Of a stretch of 64,000 nt of DNA, positions 53,698-64,000 are shown one piece after another. Position numbers and translations under genes: made by a program. The notes beneath the pieces were generated by a model, which did not search any database, was not told where the DNA came from, and saw only the letters and a list, made by a program, of their open reading frames with translations. The stretch comes from Paraspadella gotoi. Lineage: Eukaryota; Animalia; Chaetognatha. The stretch is taken from NCBI GenBank assembly GCA_051294375.1, contig CM119263.1:13656414-13720413 (forward strand). Reading direction: 5' to 3'. The number at the start of each line of letters is the position of its first letter. Position 1 is the first letter of the stretch.

Positions 53698-54485
53698 GGG
53701 TAGTGCCGGGTAAAACGGGACACTTTTGTAAGTAATCACATTTTTCGCTTAAAAAATTTATTTTTAAAAACAAATTTTCTGGTGATATATCTAGGAATCT
53801 ATATATTATATATCTATCTGCTACAGGAAGTTATAAAAATAAATTTTAAAATATAAACTAAAATACTAATTAAAATAAGTTGTTTTCTTCTTGAATTAAT
53901 GTTTTTAATATTTTATCTGTAACATTTTAAACAATTTAAATTTTGTTCCATTTTAATAAAATTGGTAGTATAAGCTATACATAATTATCCATTTATTCTA
54001 TTTTATGGTATTTTTACTGGTGTAGAGTACATTTATTAGCAATGATACAATATTAGAGATGTTGTTACAATGAGAGATCGTGAGAGAACTAAACTAAACT
54101 ATTTTTTATTATTAAGTTTTTACAAATCCACTGAAAAAGCCCCAAGTTACTTGCAGACATGTAAAAAAAGTAACATTTTTTTAGTAATGCTCTTAATAGT
54201 AAGTAAAAATCAGTTGTCTCCTCTATAATTTATTAAAATTCCGTAGTCATATTATAACAAATGTGACTGTGACTGAGGCTTTAAAACGACTATTCAAAGA
54301 CAAAATTTGAAAAGCTTTTTTAAAATTGCTGAAGCAGCAGTGCAATGCAATACTGTAACTCTTTATATGTAAAGACAAGTTGATGGAATATTTAATGCAC
54401 CAGTAATAAATAATTATTCTTGTTCCTTACTTAAATATTTTATTTCATTTTATTTTTCAGTGTTCTGAATTACCCCGCACTACCC
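53698..54485. mobile_element. Non-autonomous pogo/Tc1-mariner-type MITE (788 bp)
   Basis: Left TIR GGGTAGTGCCGGGTAAAACGGGACACT; reverse complement of the right end is GGGTAGTGCGGGGTAATTCAGAACACT. TA on both flanks (53696-97, 54486-87). No ORF. Confidence 0.8.
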
Positions 54486-54868
54486 TATTCATTATTCTTT
54501 TCCATTTTATTATGAGATATATGATATATTTTTCTTTTAGAAAACCGCCGAATCCACATAAATTCTACTTATAATTATTATGACCATCGTATTCTAACGT
54601 TTGCGGCGGACCGGAAAATAGGAGTAAATCAGTGATAATATTTTCTGCTCTTGCTCTTCTTTGCACTGTTCTGAAACGATTTTATTTCTTCAGAAAATTC
54701 CTCATAAGCCTGTTTGTTGACTACGTTAAGCGTTGTGATTGTGCTTAAAATATTGTCTTCATCAAAGTTGGTTCTCATGATAAATATATTTTATAAAATT
54801 CGAAGTCTTATTTCATTAAACACTTTCTTAATAGCAAAGTTCACAAATCGTCCCTGAAGTAGTTAGCT

Positions 54869-56424
54869 TCATTTGGATCTCTTCTCGAGCTCTTCGTTGA
54901 TCTTCTGCATGAGCTCTCGCGATTGTCTCGCGGCGGCCTTCTCGTCGGCAAATCGCGCAACACTGGATCGGTTTTGCGCCATTACGGTGAACTTTTTTGC
55001 CTCCGCCAAGTCGCCCAAGGCATACTTTGACTATTGAGAGATTTTTTTTTAAATTTCCTGTGCTTGTTTCTGTATTACTCCTTAAAATGTAACCTGTGCC
55101 ATAAGGTTGATAGACTGGATATCCGTTGGATTGACAGTTACGGCACGACGAGCGAATCGACTAACGGATCTCCACGTTTCTTTCGATTCTTCGGGATCCT
55201 TTAGGTTAAAAAACAATTGTTCCTAATCGTAGCCGCTTCGGGTCAAGTCAGGTCCGGTAATGAAACTAACATACAAATTTTCGCGAGTTTAAAAATTAAA
55301 CCTGTTTAGATTGGCTGTCTTCCGAACTGAAGAAGGAGAAGGCAAAAGTTGGGCGTTTTACTTCTGCGTTGACCGTTTTGGCTTTTTCAAAATGAATCTC
55401 GGCCAATGCAAAGTTGGCTAAGAAGTTTTGTTTGTCCTCTTTCAGCGCTGCCGTCAAGTGCTGTTCTGCGGCCTGTAAAAATGATTATTCTAAAAAAACA
55501 AAATATTTCCTCCTGAAACCGTTTTCCAGAAAAAATGAAAATTTAGAAAATTCGAGCAAAAGCAAGAAATATTAATATAAAAAGGGAATCAAAAGCACAA
55601 TGTGCGAAAAAAGGATACAATATTTCTATCAATCAATCAGTCAATTAACAGATTTCGTCTGGACCGTACTCCAGTATATAACATAAGATTTTCGCCTAGT
55701 TTGGAATTCTCATCGTTTTGCTTTAAGTGACTCTAACTACCTCTAAGTGACTACCTCTAAATATTTCACTCTCTCTGTGTCTTCTTTCTTCTTTCCCTTG
55801 TTGTGCAGGACGATGGCGTAGAGTGAATGAAGGTTCGCCTTGAGGATGGGGTCGCTGATTTTAAGTTGCATCGCTTTGCCGATGTAAAGCAAAGCTTCGT
55901 CGTTGAGGGCCCTCTGACGCCCGGAAAGAGGACTCGCGAGGCCTGGCCATTAATAACTTAACAATCGTCGTAACCCATTTAAAAAAAATAATTTTTTTGC
56001 CTTCTTACTAAGTTTGTAAGTTGCCCGGGCCAAATGGAAAAGCAACTTCGGATCGTTAGATGTGTCGGGATTTTGGTTGAGTAATTCGTAAATCTCCGTC
56101 AAATGACCGTATTCGTAGTGATTTTCCAAACGAGTTTCGAGATCCACTTCTTCTTTTCTGAAATAAAAAAAGCGGAGTTAACAGTAAAGCCTAACCTTCA
56201 TTTTCATCCCCCTTCCTGTCAGACTACATGTTGAAGTTCGGCGGAGGTCGACAGCTACACTTGGCCGTTGTGATAAGACAAGAGCTCCGGATAGATTTAG
56301 GCCGAGCCCAGTAGGTAAGAATCATGGCGGTGGAAGCGACGACGCCTCCGGTTGCTGCAATGGCGGCCGACCCGAGCCCGTACGTCGCCGCCCGCAACAG
56401 TGCTCTCGAGACGAACGACGACAT
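54869..56424 (-). CDS. Divergent RMDN (regulator of microtubule dynamics / FAM82)-like TPR protein (~323 aa; exons 56424-56228, 56157-56009, 55942-55755, 55472-55302, 55198-55094, 55030-54869)
   Basis: Six exons join in frame (972 nt). N-terminal mitochondrial-like, hydrophobic leader MSSFVSRALLRAATYGLGSAAIAATGGVVASTAMILTYW; then EIYELL...DPKLLFHLARATY...EALLYIGKAM...HSLYAIVL...EQHLTAALKED, which resembles RMDN1 (ELLWRLARA...EALEYAKRAL...HKWYAI...EHFEKAIELN). The gene model is solid; the family call is from remembered motifs. The exon 3 donor could alternatively be at 55770. Confidence 0.75.
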
Positions 56425-56949
56425 ATTGCGTTTTTTTCGCAACCGGAAAGAACTTTTTAAAAAATTAAAAAAACTTAAAATACTTAAGGAAAGAAGCGGA
56501 AGACGGTAGTGGTCTTGTTTAAGGACGTGTTGTTATTTTCGTTAAGTGGGAATCTGTGAATAAATTTTCTACCGCATGTGAGATGAACTATGTTTGACCA
56601 CATTTTCGAAAGTCTTTCTTTATCGCAAACCAGTTCACCATGTCTAATTTACGTCATGAGTTCAACTTTTACCAAGGACTTACTCTAAATTTAATCTTTA
56701 TTTTATCTGTTTTTAACAAGAAGCAAACTAGAACGATGTCGTTTAACAATTCATATTAAACCGACTACGGAGCCAGCTGGTCAGAACATAAGTCATCTGC
56801 GACAAATCTACTAGAATTGCATCTTGAATTACGTCTATTATATCTAGCTCCTATTTTTTCAAAAACAAAGTCTTTTTTTCATATGGGTTTATTGGAAAAA
56901 GTTGTTTTATTTACAGCAGTTTATGTGCCAGCAACTGTGTTTACAAATG

Positions 56950-59900
56950 TTTTAAAATAAATAACGTGGCTTCATTAAAACACATACAATAGTGATGTTC
57001 ATCTTGGTCAATGAACAGGGACGTAGTAATACAATTAATAGAAAGCTACACAACTGTTTCCATATACAGCTGCAGATAAATTTATGATTGTTTGGGAAAG
57101 GATCCCTTCCACCTTACAATATTCCATTTATTAGTTTCCAATTTTTCTACTTGAAAAGCCTTTCTTAGAACTGTACTCACAACAGTACTAGAGAGGTAAG
57201 ACTCAGCTTAATTGTAATACAATAATGAAGTAGCAGGAACGTTTTAAGTAGCAGTTAGTACACGGTTGTCATCATAATAGCCTTGGTTCAGCATTGCTCT
57301 ACCTTTGATATATCTTGCACGTAAAGTATAATTTATCCACCTAAATTTTAAAATTATGTGGGTTCCTTGAAGTCAGCACCAAGTCAGCCACGACGCCTTA
57401 TTTCAGAATGATCTAAACTCAAATAAAATCATCAACCTTTTCAAAACATGTAGAACTTAAAATTTTTAAACTATTTGTTGAAAAAAAAATAAATGGATTA
57501 AAAAAAATATATATTGGTAAAAAAAGAGCAGGTTGCTTCAAATAATCCGTTTTCAAAATTGATACACTATCTCAAAAGATCAGCTCGTTCTTTTGAGACA
57601 TGCATTTCTACATACCCAAGTCTGTGACGTTTCAATTTTATTTTTAATTTTACTGTAAATGAAAATCGGATTTTTGAAGATTGACTAGGAATTAGCACCT
57701 TTAACCTTTGCTTTAATCGTAAAAAGCAACTTGTATCCAGTTTAGTAACATACTGGATATGCTTTTATTGTAGGATTAAGCATTAAAATGGAACTTTGAT
57801 ATTTTATACATGATCTAAAAAGGTGATGGTTTTTTTGAGTAAAAACTAATTCATAATGATAGTTCTGACTTTTTGGTAATCAAATGATAAGAGCTAGCCA
57901 ATTCAAAATTGTCAAGTACTACAAAAAACCTACTCTTACATTTTTTTTCAGAAAAAGCAGAATTGGGGGGAGATGGGTAAAGAAGTTATGGAAGCTTTAA
58001 GCATAAGATGATATTAAACGTTCTATGGCACTTAACAAACCTTTACAAAGAACATTTAAGTAGTTCTGGGTTTTGTTTTCATCTTGCACAATATCATGCA
58101 ATTATAGGCGTAAATTATATTTTAGAGAAATTTTGATAACAGCACACATATTTTATAAAAGCAGAATGGGTAAACACATTTCACTCTGCTCAAAATCAAA
58201 TTCAAGCATACTACATGAACATACAAATACAAATACGGAGAGTACATAAAAATGCTTTTGTTCTTTTTTCCTTACTTGCATAATAAAATATTATGATAAA
58301 ATCACAGTCTTCTTGCGTTTGCAAATCACGGCAGCTCATCCATTGCCTAATTGCTAGACAATAAGACAGTAATTCAGCAAACAGCAAAGTTAACAGTGAT
58401 GTTTTTAAACTATGAAAACGTTTATTGTTAATCCACACCATGTTGAACTTTTTTTATTAATTGAAACTCGTTCAATTTGTACAAAAAATTAAATATAAAA
58501 AGGTTTTGTGACTTGAAAGCAGTTATGATACCCTTTACCATCAAATGTGAAAAAGAGAAGCTACAGTTGTGTCTTATCGCAAAGCATTACTTTCACATGA
58601 GCATATATTAATACTGTTTGAAACCAAGTTTTGTCTATTTAACTCATATTTATTTAGAGGATATTTTAAATGTAATATTGAGCTAAAATTTTCCAAGACC
58701 ATTTACCATTTTCAACTTTCTTCAACGCAGAAAAATCTGAAAGGGTGGAAATGCATGTTTCAGTTGAAAACGTCTTTATGAAGAAAGTTGGCAACTTTTT
58801 AATTAAAAAAAACGCACTATGAATTAAGCTCATCGTGACAGTAAATAAGATTAGTAACCAGATGGAAAGAAAAAAATAAGGCACCAGTGTCAAAGATATA
58901 AAAAATTACTAATTACAATTATAGACTACCATTGCATTGATTTTTCTGTCGTGTTCAGTTTCATTACTCTTACCCTTATCCCCTATAACATGTCTTATAT
59001 TGACACACGTGTAAAAATCCTTAATTCTGCTTTCATCACTCCTTAGTGCAACAACAATTGTACCTTGCTTTGGAGGCAAGTGGTTGACGCGATGACGAGA
59101 CTAATTATGGGTTATTTAATAAAATAGTTATTGTTATATATTGATAAAGCAGCATGGAAAAAGCTGAGCTAAAAAGCAAGGTAATGCTTAAGAGCAATTC
59201 TAAAAAAAAATTTTTTTTTTTTGGTTTTTTGCCATCAGAATATATAAATCTTGAATTTTACTGAAAATTATGCACCATTCTGCCAGACTTTGACAGTGGA
59301 AGACAGGGAAATCAATGAGTCACTAGGCCAATTTGCCTTTTAATATTTTCTCAGAAAATGCCATCAATAATTACTTGAAATTTGTAGCGCATTTTTCACA
59401 CAAAAACACAGTGAACGCCTTCTTCAGCAAGGTTTTTAAATAGCTTTTAAAGGTGACCGTTCTTGTAACCTCGTTCGATGTAACTTGTTGAGGGTTATTA
59501 TCCCATAAACTGGATTGTGTATTAGTCTTTCAATTATGTTGACAATGCATACCATCTGGTAGTTTCAGTTTCACCAGGTTTTGCTTACAATTTCTGGATA
59601 TAAGATGGGGAGGCTGAGGGGAGGGGACAGAAGAATTCATGATTCTTCTATGAGTGGAAGTATCACGATTTACTTTTTTTTAAATAACATACTTCATGTT
59701 TGAAAAATAAAAAAAATTTTTTATCATATTACTATGATAAAGCTGTCATGTTGTGATCTTTTAATCGTAATGGTTTAATTTTACTAAATCTTTTATTTGC
59801 ATCAACTCCTCCATTTTGCAGGAATGCTGCATGCACAAATAAAGATAACAGAAGTACTTAAATTGTTATAAAAGGTGTGACTTATAGATGTATTATTAGC

Positions 59901-62900
59901 ACAGTTCATGCTCGCATAATAATTCTTATTTTTAAATAAATAACTTTAATCACTACCCATATACATATTCCCACTTAGTAGTTTATTTTGACACAATACA
60001 TGAGAATAGTACAAATTAAAACTACTTCTGCTGATATTTAAAGCTGATGTTAGAATGCTAAGTAAGAAACTGTGAGTTTGTGGTACTGATGAGACAGCGA
60101 GAAAATACATTAAAAATTTTTGATCGTTTGAAAACTTGGGCAACCGCTGGAATGAAATTTTGATGCAAAATAATGCACAATAAGGTTAGCACAAAAACAT
60201 TAACAAATGACGTAGTAGTTAACGAGGAAAGTTAAAAAAATGAAATTATTGCTTTAACGTTGAAACAGTGATTTTCTAATAAAACAATCAGCATGCATTG
60301 CTATATTGCTACAAATATTTTCTAACAAAGAAGTAATTCTCTTACATTTCTATTCTAATCAAAGTAACAATGCAACACTTCCTGTATTTTACAGCTTAAT
60401 TTCGAAAAATTTTGGTGATAAGGAGTTTTCATGCTTCATACATAAAAAATATGACATGTTATTAAAAAAAAGCGATTCGAAGTATGGCATTTAAAAACAT
60501 AACTGAAAGCAAGGACTAATATTGCCTTTTGGCAATAGGATATAGATTAAATCCTAATTTTTAAATATTAACTTAAATATAAAAATGAAAAAGTTATAAA
60601 AATTTATAATCAATTTAACTAAAAGCTAAAAAATAAAAAAATATTTAAGCACCTTCTTCACAACATAACAGGGGTACATTCTTCACTTCATAGAGAACTT
60701 CACGATTTGGTAAAATCTTCTTTGGCATAGAAAGAACAATGAAGCAGTAGCTAGAATGACACGGTGGTGAATAAGATTTTCTGACAATGTTTTTACTGAG
60801 TCAAAACACTTGACTAAATCTTTTTCAAAGCGTCTTTGATTGCCTAGACAGCGAAAAATAGATTAGCGGATATGGTAATTGTGAGAAATATTTTTATCAA
60901 TAAGCATTATAAGCTGTGACCCTCAAGATAACATTTAGAGGCATGAAATTTTCCGTTTCAGTTTACTTTTCAGTCCATTGATGTTTTAAGACATCTATTA
61001 ATATGGCGATATGGATTATTTTTGCACCATTGCTGTTTTCCCATATTTAAGTATAACACATGTTACATTTAAATTTGACAATTTATTGTAATTTTATTAA
61101 TCCTTTATTCCATATAGCACCTTTGTGGGAGCATAGATGTTGAGATTTTTTGTCACATATCTTTTTACCTTGGAATCTTATGTTTTATAATTATTAGACA
61201 TGATCTAATACCATTATCAACTTCCTAGTGTTTTAAAATTCATATATAACATTGAAATATGTTCTTGTAAATGGAGAACTATTTTAATATAACAAATTGA
61301 TGGTATGTATATAATATTGTGATTGTTAACAGTGCACACAATGAATCGCCTTTTAAAATAGTTATGATCTAACACTAGCCTTGACTAAAGAATGCTGAAG
61401 CCATTTAAACCTTTAGTAATTCTTTCTGCGCAAAAAGAATAGGCAACAGAGATGCATTGCTTTGATTTTTCCTTGAGTCGATCAATTAAATCTTTGTCTC
61501 TTATAGTTTTTAAAATGCTAAATTTTCAATTGGACTACATACATATACATGAAGAATAATTTACATAAAAATTTGTAGGCAAAAGGAAAAATAAGCACAA
61601 ATTTTTTTTGCACAAAAAGAATTATCAAGGAAAACCATAAAAATATTTACTGCCCCCAAAAAGTAACATATATGAATTTCTATGTTTAAGACTTTCATTT
61701 ATTCCTACTATATATAAAATATGCAAATAAAAATTAATCTTAGGGGTATAGAAATAAAAAATACACATAGGTGCATTGATTGATTTTAAGTAAACGGGAC
61801 GTTTTTTTCATACATAGTGCGACAACAAAATTGACACCTAAAAACAAATAAAGCGGAGAAAGAATCAGACGAAGATCTTGATAAAAGCATATTCAAAGCA
61901 TGTGCACGTTATGTACTTAAAATCTAGATCAGCATAGTGTTTTACATTAATGCTGTTGCCTTAAAAACCATCGCCTTCTTGAAAAAGCTGCGGATTGGAA
62001 TAGAAATAGCAGAGTCAAGATGATGATTAACGGGACAGACTGAATCCCAAGAGCCCGACCGTTTGGCCAGCAAAATTTATCCATCAAATGGAAAGATAGA
62101 AAAAGAAGTCCGTTACTTTTAGAGCATTTTTCAATTACTATTTCTTCGATTGTCACAGCCAAAAGGCCTCGGGCTCGGGAATAGATTGTCCAAAGCAGGG
62201 GGTAAGCGCCATTGTAGTTAAAAACTCCCCCAATAATGTACAGACGAGGTTAACATGCAGTTATCAGTTACTGATATTTTTCCATCAGTAAAAAATATGT
62301 TTCCGAGATTAGATTGAAGAAAAGGAGCGCAGAGTTGAGCAGCATTAGAGCCTTAATGTTCTTAAAGCTTTTTCTTTGGTTGGTAAAGTTTTGTAATAAT
62401 AGCTAAAAACCGTGTTGTCGAGAAATTGTGCTACGGATAACTGCATGATGTCTTTCCAAAACATAAGGAACACCACGAACAGTTAAAGCACATAATTAGT
62501 AAACGACAAACAATAATTAGTGAATTTTTGCTGTTCAGGAACATCATAAGGATATCTACGGGAACGAGGTTAAGTTCCATGCGATGATTTCCTTGTGATT
62601 GTCGCTGCAAGCCAACATTGAAAATTAAAAAAAAAAAAAAAACACGTTGAGCAAAATACTAGCAGAATTGTAAAAAAAAAGCACGCATTGATTTTTTCTG
62701 CCCTCTTTTAGCTCAAAGAGTGGAGCCTCATGGTGTTAATCGCATTATTAAGCTCGATTGACTTCACCTTTTCGTCAAAGCGAAAGGGAAAGGGCTCAGC
62801 CAATCAAATTCGTGTAGCGCGCGTCACATCAAGCACCACCATGTGTTACGTTAATTTACAAAAAAAGTACATAGAAAAAAATTATTTTTCTTTGATCTTA

Positions 62901-63830
62901 TATATTTCGCCAGTTGGTAAAAACGTTGAAAAAGTTTTCTACTACGACAGAAAGTTCATCGTTATTTCCAACAAGGAGTGACCACGTTTTCTTTCCTTTT
63001 TGTGCACACAGCGAGGTTAACTATGAACTAGGGATTAAAAAGCGTCATAGCAGCGACCTTGAGGTGTTTATCGATATAGACCAATATTTATAAAGGATAA
63101 CGCCAAACTTATACACCGGCGTCGGTCTTTGAGATCTTGCTTTTTCAGTATTTTTTTTGTTTTGTTTCGTTTTGTTTTGGTTTTTTTTTTTGCGAACTTC
63201 TCGAGTTTCAGAAACGAGTATTTCTCAAACTCGAGACGGAGTTGATGAAAATTAAAGTGATGTCTGTCGAGGTTCACCCATACTACGACTAAGTTGAGCA
63301 GTTATTATATAACACATTATTACAAAGCATGAAGCATGTTTAACATCAGAAAGGTTTTGTTAAAAAATAATAAATAATGACGACGAAATATCGGCAGGGA
63401 CGGGCCCGGGATGGTGTGTCCGCAGCCCACCCGGGACCGTAGCTCTGCCGGTTTAATTCTAAAATAGCGTCTATCATCACAATTCATTTTTGCTATGTTT
63501 TGCATCAGAAATTAAAAAAAAAGATATTTGGTTTAAAAAATGACGTATGTAACCGCCACGGCAAACACCCAAGCTAGCAAGGATAATCAATGAAGCGAAT
63601 TTGTAAGTAAAAAAAATGAGAGATGTTCATAGGAATAAAGATGATTTTTGTTGAGATGAGGTCGATGAGATTAAGGACTAGATTCATGGAGTCGGTTTTA
63701 GTCGGGGGTTTTTCGAGGGTAGGGGTAGGGGAGAGGGGTTTGTTGGGGTAGGGATTGTTGGGGATGGGGTCGTAGTTTTCGTCGTTGTTATTGTCGTTTC
63801 GGATTTTTTCTTTTTCGTTTTCGTTTTATT
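56950..63830 (-). pseudogene. Possible decayed multi-exon gene or transposon relic of unknown family
   Basis: Several AG..GT-bounded exon-like blocks on the minus strand (e.g. ~59064-59100 SRHRVNHLPPKQG; ~59553-59593; ~60652-60843) interrupted by stops and frameshifts; an apparent frameshifted N-terminus MSSNSRLQQTQIKRKRKRK / NDENYDP near 63.8 kb. No family recognised. Confidence 0.2.
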
Positions 63831-64000
63831 TGGGTTTGTTGTAATCGCGAATTCGATGACATTTTTAGCTATACGTCAATTGTTCTACTGTTATTGCTGG
63901 GTGAACGCGAGACGGATCGTTGCCGATTCGTCGGGGGCTCCCGCCGCCCCTCTGGCGACGAGGCTCCCCCCGTTGTTGTATCACCAAGAGCATCCTTGGA

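Overview
Animal (invertebrate-like) nuclear DNA from a gapped draft assembly, in two very different halves. Bases 1 to ~36,300 are a gene desert rich in (GA)n tracts and CpG, lying upstream of a 3-exon FGF9/16/20-family gene (37203-40543, +). From ~40.6 kb there is a compact AT-rich cluster with many ~60-70 nt introns: CDC27/APC3 (-, 11 exons), ETFDH (+, 7 exons) and a divergent RMDN-like TPR gene (-, 6 exons), then an unexplained, possibly decayed region (~57-64 kb). All exon structures were assembled by hand from GT/AG sites and reading-frame phase. The most interesting item is a 235-bp element inserted in a 22-bp minisatellite between CDC27 and ETFDH: a tRNA-derived Pol III head followed directly by what folds as a circularly permuted (P5-type) twister ribozyme with compensatory base changes. 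Also present: piggyBac-like, pogo-like and HINE/DINE-1-like non-autonomous elements, a 1.8-kb foldback whose loop carries a Sox-Oct-like motif, and a noisy inverted triplication next to gaps that is probably an assembly artefact. Most ORFs in the supplied track are microsatellite translations.
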